Shown in pieces: positions 30,087 through 38,649 of a DNA stretch of 64,000 bases. The notes below the pieces were generated by a model. It saw nothing but the letters and a program-made list of their open reading frames with translations. It did no database searches and was not told the DNA's origin. This stretch comes from Candidatus Heimdallarchaeota archaeon. GTDB lineage: Archaea > Asgardarchaeota > Heimdallarchaeia > Heimdallarchaeales > Heimdallarchaeaceae. The stretch is taken from NCBI GenBank assembly GCA_021399395.1, contig JAAFKJ010000043.1:30886-94885 (forward strand), in the 5' to 3' direction. The first letter of the stretch is position 1. The number at the start of each line of letters is the position of its first letter. The position numbers and the translations under genes are program-made.

Positions 30087-31001
30087 TTACGAGATTATAT
30101 CCTTGTAATTCTTTATTTCTTCTAAAGTTATTGCATTGACGGGGCAAACATTGATGCATATTCCACAAGCTTTACAATAAGTTTTGATGACTCTGACAGA
30201 ATCTCCTTCTTTATGGATTGTTCCTTCTGGACAGTGAAAAAAGCATTGCAAACATTGAATACACTTATCCTGATCAATGTGTGCCTTTTCATTACTCCAA
30301 GCCCCAGTTATTCTAGAAACGGCGGCCCCAGGACCTATTATCTGTCCAGATTCTAGTTTCATTTTTGGAATAATGGTCCCAATTGGTAATTCATCAACAG
30401 TTGGTAACCATGTTCGAATTTTAGTGTTATTTCCTCCTCCCTGAGTTTTTCCAAAAACTGTTTCATCATATGCTATTCTTGCTGCTTCAACATTCATTTT
30501 TGCCATTCGATTACCCAAACGTGTTCCAAAAACAGACATGATCCCCTTCTCTAAATCCTCAAAAGTGATAAATTCTGAACTTCTAATCAGAGCTCCTAGC
30601 ATAGCGCTATTTACAACAGGTTGTACTAAAAATTCTTTTGCGATTTTCGTAGCATCAACAGTTGCTACTTGTGTTGGACTAGACAGTTTGATTTGTTCTG
30701 GTTTTTTTGGTGAGTTCAAAACTCCAATCCCTTCTGGCTTTAAACCTTGAACCACATCCACTAATTCAAGGAGAGAATCATCTAAAACAACAATTATGTC
30801 TGGTTCATAAATTTGTGTTCTCTTATAGATCTTCTTATCATCTATGCGTGCAAAAGCTAGAACCAATGCTCCTCTTCTCTCGGCTCCAAATGAAGGTATT
30901 GCAATTGCATGTTTTCCTGCATAAAAAACAGCTTTTGTTAGTGCTCTAGATGCTAAAACGGAACCTGTCCCACCTCTACCATGGAATCGGATTTCTAACA
31001 T
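30087..31001 (-). CDS. 2-oxoacid:ferredoxin oxidoreductase gamma-delta fusion
   Basis: EIRFHGRGG, FGAERRGA, N.AMLGA; C-terminal CIQCLQC..CP and CKACGIC..VCP. Confidence 0.9.
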   Translation of the reverse strand: MLEIRFHGRGGTGSVLASRALTKAVFYAGKHAIAIPSFGAERRGALVLAFARIDDKKIYKRTQIYEPDIIVVLDDSLLELVDVVQGLKPEGIGVLNSPKKPEQIKLSSPTQVATVDATKIAKEFLVQPVVNSAMLGALIRSSEFITFEDLEKGIMSVFGTRLGNRMAKMNVEAARIAYDETVFGKTQGGGNNTKIRTWLPTVDELPIGTIIPKMKLESGQIIGPGAAVSRITGAWSNEKAHIDQDKCIQCLQCFFHCPEGTIHKEGDSVRVIKTYCKACGICINVCPVNAITLEEIKNYKDIIS

Positions 31002-31056
31002 CTAGTATCACTATAGTTCATGACCTCTGGTACATTATAAAAGTGTTGGAAGAACA

Positions 31057-31620
31057 TTACTCGGTCTTCTTAATTGACTCAATATCTGTCTCTGTTAACC
31101 ATCTATTAAATTCAGTCGCTAAAGAAACTTCTTTATTTCTTCTCGGTTTCCTGAGTGTTCTTATTTTAGTTTCTAAGGTTAATTTTTCTTGAAATAAAGG
31201 TATAATTTTACTCATATCAATAGCATATAAATCGAAAAGAAATGCAATAGGTTTGAAATATACTTGTAAGAATTTTTCAAATTCATCGAAGTAAATCATG
31301 AGTTCTTTATGAGTCTCTCGTGAAACAACAAGATTGACAATGGTAACAGTTTTGCGCTTTAATCTAAAATCTTTAGCATCTAGATTCTTAAGATTCAAAG
31401 CAAAAGCGAAAAGAAAAAGATCATCATCGATTTTAGTAGAAGCTAAACCTTTGATATCTTGGTTTTGCATCATTCCCATCAAAGTAGGATATGTTGTAAG
31501 AACGATTTCGAGTTTCATATCCTCAATATCTGATGCAAAGATTTCAAAACCATTATCCGAAAAGTAAACAATAGCATATCCTTCGATTTTTTGTTTTTCA
31601 GTATCTAATAGAGTAGTCAA
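31057..31620 (-). CDS. Hypothetical protein, possible longin/uDENN-like fold
   Basis: Beta-beta-alpha-beta-beta-beta-alpha pattern (YAIVYFSDNG...FAFAL...AKDFR). Confidence 0.45.
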   Translation of the reverse strand: MTTLLDTEKQKIEGYAIVYFSDNGFEIFASDIEDMKLEIVLTTYPTLMGMMQNQDIKGLASTKIDDDLFLFAFALNLKNLDAKDFRLKRKTVTIVNLVVSRETHKELMIYFDEFEKFLQVYFKPIAFLFDLYAIDMSKIIPLFQEKLTLETKIRTLRKPRRNKEVSLATEFNRWLTETDIESIKKTE

Positions 31621-31718
31621 TCTGCTTCAATGATTCTTCCTCAGTTTATTATAAAAACCCCAATTTGGTTTGTTCTTTTCGGCAAGTTAATTATAGGAGC
31701 GTGGCATAAATTAAAACA

Positions 31719-32438
31719 ATGGAAAAAAAACTTCTCAAACGAATGGAGAATTTCAAGAATACTCCAGATCGCTTAAAATTCGAATTATTAAGAGAATTGT
31801 CCGAATTACCAGAAGAAGAACATATTACTAATTTTCTTCTCAATGTAGTTGAAAATGAGAAATATGATAGAATTCGAATAAATGCTATTCTTAATCTGAA
31901 AAAATATGAAAGTGATTTGATAGTTGAAAAACTCAAAATAATCTTCTCATTTGAGCGTGATAAAAGTGTGAGACTTGTAATTGTTGAAACACTTGGAGAA
32001 AGAGACTCAGATGAAATTGAAGACTTTTTCCAACAAGTTGCTATTAAAGATCTTAATGATATTGTACGTGCAACAGCTATTAGAAAACTCCATGAAAGGG
32101 AAAATATAGATCAAACCGTAATGCACGACTTACTATTAGATGTTATTCAGAATGATTCTTCTGTTTTTCCAAAACAAATTGCTCTAAGTGCTCTTCCATG
32201 TTACGCAACCTCAACCACTTATGACAAACTGAGAAATGTCTTCTTCAGAGAAGAAATGCTTCAAATGAAGAAACTTCTTTTTAAAACATTAGAAGAGATA
32301 TCTACAAAATTTGAGTTGGATTTGGACGTAAAAGAACCAGGAGACCCTATATTTGAAGACACTAAGAAAGCAAGAAGAAAAAGAAGAAAAGAACGTAAGA
32401 AGAAAAAATTGGATAAAGACGATTATCTTTATTTTTAA
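31719..32438 (+). CDS. HEAT-repeat protein
   Basis: IRINAI..L, VRL.IVE.LG, VRATAI..L repeats; basic tail. Confidence 0.75.
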   Translation: MEKKLLKRMENFKNTPDRLKFELLRELSELPEEEHITNFLLNVVENEKYDRIRINAILNLKKYESDLIVEKLKIIFSFERDKSVRLVIVETLGERDSDEIEDFFQQVAIKDLNDIVRATAIRKLHERENIDQTVMHDLLLDVIQNDSSVFPKQIALSALPCYATSTTYDKLRNVFFREEMLQMKKLLFKTLEEISTKFELDLDVKEPGDPIFEDTKKARRKRRKERKKKKLDKDDYLYF

Positions 32439-32459
32439 TTATGAATCTGGTTTCTGAGC

Positions 32460-32600
32460 TACACACGTTATGAAACTTGGTTAAACTTGCCAGAGGCTTT
32501 TTAACCGTCGTCTAAGGTTGTCCCCTCACGTGTGTTGAGGGGAAGAGATCGTAAGGAAGAGGAGTACCCTTGAGGGAAGCGATGTTTAAAGCAGCATTCT
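32460..32600 (-). ncRNA. Putative right-end RNA (reRNA/omega RNA) scaffold of the tnpB element
   Basis: Stems TCCCCTCA/TGAGGGGA (32521-32543) and GGTTAAA/TTTAACC (32479-32506) at the tnpB 3' end and element end; 5' boundary approximate. Confidence 0.5.
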
Positions 32601-34452
32601 CGTGAGAGTTGACCTGTTGACCACATTTTTTACAAGGGGCAACATCATGATGACCTTTAGCACGAGCAATCGTCCCTCCACAACCATAATGTCTGGTGCT
32701 GGTATGATAGGGGGGAACAGCTTCTAACTCTACATCATAGCTTAACTCTAGGGAAGCTAACCAGACTGCTTTCTTGTAAATGTAAAGTTTATCAGGCATG
32801 TTATAGATGGCTTTAGCTAGCGCTCCTTTGGTACCGGTAGGGTCAGCGGTCAACTCCTCAATCTTCAGAGTCTGACACTGTTTCTTCACCATAACTGCAG
32901 CTAAGAAGTGAGGAAGACGACGAGTGATCTCACGGAGTAAACGGCTGCGACGCTGATAGACTCGGTTGAGCTCACCCTTGAGCTTACACGAACCTCGAAT
33001 ATCGTAAACCTTGCGTTTGTTAAAGAACCCCTTATCTAATTCCTTGAGGACTTTATCTGTCAACTTCTGGTAACGTTTAGCTAACTTTAGCAAATCTGGA
33101 GGAAGTGGAACTGGAGTGTTAAATATCACCATATGCTGTCCCAAACGGTTGATATCTACACCTAACACTTTCTTCCTCCCTCTAGGAATGTAAGGGAGAT
33201 AACTACGTAGGAGGGTAGAAGAGCGGAAAGAGGCATGGGATCCTTCTAGCACCACGTCTAAACTGGGTCTGAAACTAGGAGCTCTACCACTACTTACTTG
33301 GAACACTTTGAGTTCTGCACCATTCCGAATATACTCTAACACTTTTGGAGGAAACAGCACTTGAGCAGAAAGCTTTTTCTTCCCTTTTAGAGGGAACCCT
33401 AAAGTGGTGGTTCCTTGCTTCTTGACTTGTCTGGTCAATTCACTTGCATTCCCTTCACGGGTAATAACATACTCTTTTTTCATTAATAGTTTGATTGATA
33501 ATCTTCCTTGCTTTTTTCTTTTGAATGGGAGAGGAACAAGCTTGGCTACAGATAACCCTTGTAGTAACTGAGGGACACTCTGAATGATCTGGTCAAAGAG
33601 TGTGAAAACAACTATCTGCCTTACAGCAGAAAAGAGGTTTCGATTAGGGTTGCCTATTATTGTTGCTAGTTCCTTAGCTAATTTCTTGAGACTTTTCCAA
33701 CGAGATTTCTGATAACTGTTAATCCACGAAGTCACAAACGGTATGACTATCTGTTGCTCTTGTTTGAGGAGACGGAGTTTGTTCAGAAACGCTTGCTGGT
33801 TCTTTGAGAGAGAAGATAACTGGGCAAAGGTGTTGGTTTGGTAAGTTAGAGCGTCATCGATTCCTTGTAAGACCTCCTGTTGAGTGTAAGAGGGTAAGGC
33901 TCCATTAAACACCAGATTGTTGGAGAAATAATGGTTCCTCTTTTTCTTTCTGCTATAAGAATCGAGTTGCATTCTTGAACTTGTCAACAGATTGATAATG
34001 TATCTTCGTTTTAGTTTCCAACGTTTCCCTAAACTACTTTCAGTGTAAGGGGAACGACCAAAGATTATCCACTCTACTTGTTGTTGAGGGTTCTTTTGCA
34101 GAAAGTTGAGTATGTTTTGCACTTTCTGTTCTTTATCCACTTTCCCTTTTACAGCTATCTGGAGCCAGTGGTAAGCACTTTCAGCGATGTTAGGGTTCTT
34201 ACCTACAGCTTTCCCTACTTGGCGCACAAAGAAACGTTCTTTGGGATTGGCGCGATAGATCTCAATTGCCTTTTTGACCACATCTTGAGGGAGGAGGTGG
34301 TATTGCCGTTCTTCTAACGTTCTGATTCGTTGATTAATTTCTTCTCGTTGGACTGATGAGTCACACTTTAGCGCTACCTGATAACTTCTCATCACTGTAT
34401 CTAAGATAAGCGGGTGAGAGGTTTGAGAGGTGCTAACTGTTTGTGAGCTCAT
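32512..34452 (-). CDS. tnpB: Large TnpB-like RuvC protein (646 aa)
   Basis: RuvC-I VLGVDINR, RuvC-II LKIEEL, VPPYHTS, Zn finger HYGC/CKKC, HENAALNI. Confidence 0.82.
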   Translation of the reverse strand: MSSQTVSTSQTSHPLILDTVMRSYQVALKCDSSVQREEINQRIRTLEERQYHLLPQDVVKKAIEIYRANPKERFFVRQVGKAVGKNPNIAESAYHWLQIAVKGKVDKEQKVQNILNFLQKNPQQQVEWIIFGRSPYTESSLGKRWKLKRRYIINLLTSSRMQLDSYSRKKKRNHYFSNNLVFNGALPSYTQQEVLQGIDDALTYQTNTFAQLSSLSKNQQAFLNKLRLLKQEQQIVIPFVTSWINSYQKSRWKSLKKLAKELATIIGNPNRNLFSAVRQIVVFTLFDQIIQSVPQLLQGLSVAKLVPLPFKRKKQGRLSIKLLMKKEYVITREGNASELTRQVKKQGTTTLGFPLKGKKKLSAQVLFPPKVLEYIRNGAELKVFQVSSGRAPSFRPSLDVVLEGSHASFRSSTLLRSYLPYIPRGRKKVLGVDINRLGQHMVIFNTPVPLPPDLLKLAKRYQKLTDKVLKELDKGFFNKRKVYDIRGSCKLKGELNRVYQRRSRLLREITRRLPHFLAAVMVKKQCQTLKIEELTADPTGTKGALAKAIYNMPDKLYIYKKAVWLASLELSYDVELEAVPPYHTSTRHYGCGGTIARAKGHHDVAPCKKCGQQVNSHENAALNIASLKGTPLPYDLFPSTHVRGQP

Positions 34453-34501
34453 CTTCTCTTCAACATATAATGAACAGATTAGTATTTAAGCTCGAGAAAA
34501 C

Positions 34502-34769
34502 TCAACATTTTGGTGGTGCTTTTCCTCTCCGTTGTCTATGTAACCTTCCTGCGTTTTGTTCCACTCACTCTAGCGTATCCCAACACCACTTGGTTGTGTT
34601 GAAGATTGTTTTCCTCCTTCTCTTCTCCTATTATTTGTGCGAGTTTATATCTTCTATGTCCTCCCCTTGTTCTCCCGGAAGGGAGGAGTTTCTCTTCTCT
34701 TTCCCACCTTCTCAGTGTGCTAGCAGACACTCCTTGCATGGATGCTGCTATGCCAATTCTTACTAACAT
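34502..34769 (-). pseudogene. tnpA: IS607 serine transposase TnpA with internal deletion
   Basis: MerR-like HTH (GVSASTLRRWE...GGHRRY) and GYARVS, then a jump to an out-of-frame C-terminal fragment AGRLHRQRRGK. Confidence 0.85.
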
Positions 34770-34836
34770 ACCAGTTTTTTTGTTGTTCCTTTAGATAATG
34801 TTTGTGCTTTTTGGATAAGATTGAGTAAGTTTTCAC

Positions 34837-35478
34837 TCAGCAGTTGCTTACAGTCCAAATGTATCCTCTTCTATCCTTTGGTCGGACCAACCTTACTTCT
34901 TTTGCAATAGAGTATAGTTCCCATCCTTTTAAAGCAGTTTTCAACTCAGTTGTTGTAATAAATCTTAACGGAGGATCTGTTTTGAAATGAGGTTTTACAT
35001 TACCTCCATAAAGAAGAAAACCTCCGGGTTTTACAGCTTCTATCAATTCTAACAATTTTGGTAAAGCTCCCTCATACAGATATTGCAGACATTGTATTGC
35101 TGAGATAACGTCATAACTTTCCGGTTGAAGTTCAAAAGTATCCATATCGGTCAGAAGAATGTTCATCTTGTCGGTTACTCCCAAAGCTTCAGCTCTTTTT
35201 TCTGTGATTTCTATAGCTGAAGGGAGAATATCAACTGCGTCAACCTCAAATCCTAATTGAGCTAAGAAACAAGCATACCTGCCATCGCCAGTGCCGAATT
35301 CAAGAGCTTTTTTCCCCTCATGATCTTTCCCTTGAGTAAATAAGTAATATTCTTGTAAAGCATAATGGACATATTGTTGCGGCAACTCGTCAAGTTTGCC
35401 TTCCATCTGTTTTTTGTAAACATTGTCCCACCCGTCCATATATTTGTCAGGAACTAATGACACGTATTTTTTCGACAT
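34837..35478 (-). CDS. Class I SAM methyltransferase (TehB-like), C-terminus altered by IS insertion
   Basis: LEFGTGDGR, VKPGG; native end AQKPDS* lies at 32439-32459. Confidence 0.85.
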   Translation of the reverse strand: MSKKYVSLVPDKYMDGWDNVYKKQMEGKLDELPQQYVHYALQEYYLFTQGKDHEGKKALEFGTGDGRYACFLAQLGFEVDAVDILPSAIEITEKRAEALGVTDKMNILLTDMDTFELQPESYDVISAIQCLQYLYEGALPKLLELIEAVKPGGFLLYGGNVKPHFKTDPPLRFITTTELKTALKGWELYSIAKEVRLVRPKDRRGYIWTVSNC

Positions 35479-35611
35479 AAGATTAGAGAGTTTAGAACGC
35501 TTATAATCCTCTTGTATTATGCATGGAATGGGAGCAAGTAGTGGTTACTTAGATTTTTAAGCAAAAAAATTTAATTACATGTACAACCTTAAGGGAGAAT
35601 AGGGAGATAAA

Positions 35612-37300
35612 ATGAACTATAAAAGAATCCTGATTGCAAGTGGTTTAATATTAATAGTACTTAATTTAACACCTTCTTTTTCTGAAGCAAAAGAAAGTTC
35701 TCAAACCGATCCAAGCATAATTGTTAACCAAGACGTGGATTTCTATTTCAATGTTACAACTATGCGTACAGATATTTCAATTCGAAGTGATGGTTCTATA
35801 GATATTTATTATCTAATTGAATTCTTTAATCATCCAAATTCTTCATATAGCGAGCCTATATGGGTTTTTGATATCGGTTTTCCAAACGTCTATTATGATC
35901 TCGATTCTGTAAGAGCAAAAATAAATGGTACAGAAGTTACGGAAATTAACAAAAGTCCTTATGTAGATATAGGCGTAGAAGTGATTTTCAATTCATTTGC
36001 TATTCCTTTGGGATACACTGGTGTTCTAGAAGTGTGGTGTCATAATCCAATAATGGTTTTTGAAGATGAAAATGAAGGCTTCGGATCCACTGTCTTTCTA
36101 CAAACATGGTTTTATTGGGAATTTGTTTACAGTCAAACCTTTAGAACAGTTCGGTTTTATTTCCCTGATGGCTTAGAAGACATAACTGTGGTGCAACCAC
36201 GAGTTTATGAATACGGTGATTTTACAACATTTGTCCACCCCACAAATAGTTCTCTATCCTATGTTCAGTTTTATGACATAGGGTATCCTGATGATGGTTA
36301 CTGGGTTGGCGTCGCCTTTCCTGAGGATTATGCAAGAATTTTCAGTTCATTTTGGCGACTAAAAGTTTTCGGAAATATTCTCCAATATCCCATGTTTGCT
36401 GTTGTAATTTCTGTATTGATTCTTGGTTCCATTATTTTAATATTAAATAAAAGAAGAAATAAAAGAAAATACCTTCCTCCATCAATCAGTTCTTTAGGCG
36501 GCGGAGTAAGAGAAAAACTAGACCCCTCTGACGTAGCGATTTTGCTTGAAAGACCCTTAACGCAAGTTGCATCTCTGATGCTTTTTGAAATGATGGAGAA
36601 AGGGTATATCTCTGTGAAGAAAACTGAACCGGCCTTAAGGTTACAAGTAGTAATAGATTCCGAGAAAAAAGCACAGTTACTGAAACACGAAAAGGCAATT
36701 ATTCGAGGTATTGAAAAACGCAATAAAGAAGATATAAAGTGGGAAAAAGGCGCATCACATGGTGCTATACCTCCAGAACCAGTTCATCAAGATGAGATAA
36801 AAATAGCTATAGTTCATCAGATTAAATCGGTTACTAAGAAAATGAAAGGATTTTCAGCTAGAAAAACACGAGATTATTATGAAGCAATTATTGAAAGAGC
36901 TTGGCAAGAAATGAGTAAGTCAAACCCAGAACTGAAAAATGCGTTCTTATGGATAATGGTTGATGAAAAATATGAACAACAACTCGAAAAACAAGGAGCG
37001 GATTATTACTATCCTCGATGGTATGTAAGCAGTTATTATATCTACTTGGGACGTTCTTATACACCATCAAGTAGAAGTCATTTTGTGAGGATTCCTAAGG
37101 GATCACGTATCCCTCATTCAAGACCTGCAAATACGTTTATGTCCGGTCTAATTCACAAACCTCAATCTCTCCATAATTCAATTAGAAATGTAACCAGACC
37201 TCCATCAACATCAAGTGGAGGAAGATCTGGTGGTGGTAGCGGTGGTGGATGTGCATGCGCTTGTGCTTGTGCATGTGCTTGTGCAGGAGGCGGAAGATGA
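35612..37300 (+). CDS. DUF2207-like single-pass membrane protein with C-terminal Gly-(Cys-Ala)6-Gly tail
   Basis: Signal peptide, DISIRSDGSIDI, TM followed by NKRRNKRK, tail SGGGSGGGCACACACACACAGGGR. Confidence 0.8.
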   Translation: MNYKRILIASGLILIVLNLTPSFSEAKESSQTDPSIIVNQDVDFYFNVTTMRTDISIRSDGSIDIYYLIEFFNHPNSSYSEPIWVFDIGFPNVYYDLDSVRAKINGTEVTEINKSPYVDIGVEVIFNSFAIPLGYTGVLEVWCHNPIMVFEDENEGFGSTVFLQTWFYWEFVYSQTFRTVRFYFPDGLEDITVVQPRVYEYGDFTTFVHPTNSSLSYVQFYDIGYPDDGYWVGVAFPEDYARIFSSFWRLKVFGNILQYPMFAVVISVLILGSIILILNKRRNKRKYLPPSISSLGGGVREKLDPSDVAILLERPLTQVASLMLFEMMEKGYISVKKTEPALRLQVVIDSEKKAQLLKHEKAIIRGIEKRNKEDIKWEKGASHGAIPPEPVHQDEIKIAIVHQIKSVTKKMKGFSARKTRDYYEAIIERAWQEMSKSNPELKNAFLWIMVDEKYEQQLEKQGADYYYPRWYVSSYYIYLGRSYTPSSRSHFVRIPKGSRIPHSRPANTFMSGLIHKPQSLHNSIRNVTRPPSTSSGGRSGGGSGGGCACACACACACAGGGR

Positions 37301-38640
37301 TGGATTTAACAGACATACTAAGCAGATTTGGAATAACAACAAAATCCAAAATGTCTCATCAAAGAAATGTAGATACAACAGCGAGAATGCATTTGAGAAA
37401 AGAAAAGAAAGGAAAGAGTCTCTTGTTAGTAAATGCTACAATGATTTTCCACCTCAATAAGACAGCAACTGATTTTGCATCCCGAATAATCGATGGAAAA
37501 GATGATGCTGAAATCATCCGTGAGATGAAAAGAAAGTATCGTGTCTCAGAAGAACAACTGAAATCGGATTTGGATGATCTCAGAAACTCCATTACCAGGT
37601 TAATGGATGAACCCGATATCGATCCGGTTCAGCATTTGTCTCAAGATGTCAGTCCTCTTTTAGAAGCACCCTTCTCAGCTCCATTGCGAATGGATCTTGC
37701 TCTTACTTATAGGTGTAACAACAAATGCTCTAAGTGTTATGTTGAAAATTATAGGGATGTAAAGGAACTATCAACTATTGAATGGAAACAGGTTTTAGAT
37801 ACTCTTTGGGCGAGAGGGATTCCCCATGTTACTTTTACTGGTGGAGAACCTACAATGAGACCTGATCTTCCAGAATTAGTCAAATATGCGGAGGACCTAG
37901 GAATCATAACTGGTCTGATATCCAACGGTAGAAAACTAAAAAACAAGAAATTAGTAAACTCCCTCATAGAAGCAGGAATTGATCATTTTCAAATCACACT
38001 AGAAAGTCACGATGCTTCAGTTCACGACTCTTTAAGTGGAGAACGAGGTGCTTGGAAAGAAACAGTTGAAGGTATTAAGAACATCGTACCTACTCCAGTT
38101 TATATTATGACTAATACTACTCTAACTCCTTACAATGTAAAGGACATAGAAAAAACAGTCGAATTTTTACATTCTATAGGCATTGAACAATTTGCAGCAA
38201 ATAGTATAATAAAATCTGGTGGAGGAAAACAGGAGGATATGGCACTCACTATAGAGGAACTAGATGCGGCTATAACGAAGATTATGAATAAAGCAACTGA
38301 ACTAGGGATGAAATTCATCTGGTATAGCCCAACAAGATATTGTGAATTTAATCCAATTGAGAAAGGATTGGGGATGAAACAATGCTCTGCTGCTCATATT
38401 GCCATGGCTATTGAACCAGATGGTGAAGTGATACCATGTCAAAGCTATTTCGAAACTCTAGGTAATATCCTTACAACAAGATGGAATAAAATCTGGAATC
38501 ATAAAACTGCAAGGAAATTAAGGAATATGAAATATCTTCAAGAGGAATGCCTTGACTGCCCCGAAAGAGAAATTTGTGGTGGGGGATGTCCACTAAACTA
38601 TGCCGCTCCAATGAATCTATGCAAAACTTCATTTTCTTAA
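37297..38640 (+). CDS. Radical SAM/SPASM peptide-modifying enzyme with N-terminal PqqD/RRE domain
   Basis: LNKTA...Y.V...L..DL (PqqD-like), CNNKCSKC, FTGGEP, SPASM C...IEPDGEVIPC...CLDC...CGGGC; ATGA overlap with the upstream gene. Confidence 0.9.
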   Translation: MMDLTDILSRFGITTKSKMSHQRNVDTTARMHLRKEKKGKSLLLVNATMIFHLNKTATDFASRIIDGKDDAEIIREMKRKYRVSEEQLKSDLDDLRNSITRLMDEPDIDPVQHLSQDVSPLLEAPFSAPLRMDLALTYRCNNKCSKCYVENYRDVKELSTIEWKQVLDTLWARGIPHVTFTGGEPTMRPDLPELVKYAEDLGIITGLISNGRKLKNKKLVNSLIEAGIDHFQITLESHDASVHDSLSGERGAWKETVEGIKNIVPTPVYIMTNTTLTPYNVKDIEKTVEFLHSIGIEQFAANSIIKSGGGKQEDMALTIEELDAAITKIMNKATELGMKFIWYSPTRYCEFNPIEKGLGMKQCSAAHIAMAIEPDGEVIPCQSYFETLGNILTTRWNKIWNHKTARKLRNMKYLQEECLDCPEREICGGGCPLNYAAPMNLCKTSFS

Positions 38641-38649
38641 TTTTTCCTG

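Larger units (their letters stand above)
32460..34848 (-). mobile_element. IS607-family element (non-autonomous; tnpA remnant plus large tnpB)
   Basis: tnpA-tnpB order; visibly GC-richer than flanks; TACA at both junctions (32460-63, 34849-52); removal restores the methyltransferase C-terminus. Confidence 0.85.

Noticed and set aside
32439-34900. Cas12-type CRISPR locus or IStron for the large RuvC protein
   Set aside because: There is no repeat-spacer array or cas1/cas2, and only about 80 bp lie between the left end and tnpA, too short for a group I intron.
37250-37285. Simple microsatellite explanation for the TGTGCN repeat
   Set aside because: Only third codon positions vary and the repeat is framed by Gly codons, which favours protein-level selection.
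37249-37296. Cys-rich N-terminus MCMRLCLCMCLC of the radical SAM ORF in the track
   Set aside because: It is the alternate-frame reading of the upstream (Cys-Ala)6 tail; the ATG at 37297/37300 has a GGAGG SD and an ATGA overlap.
37298-37300. Selenocysteine readthrough of the TGA after GGGR
   Set aside because: The TGA is part of an ATGA translational-coupling overlap; no SECIS is evident.
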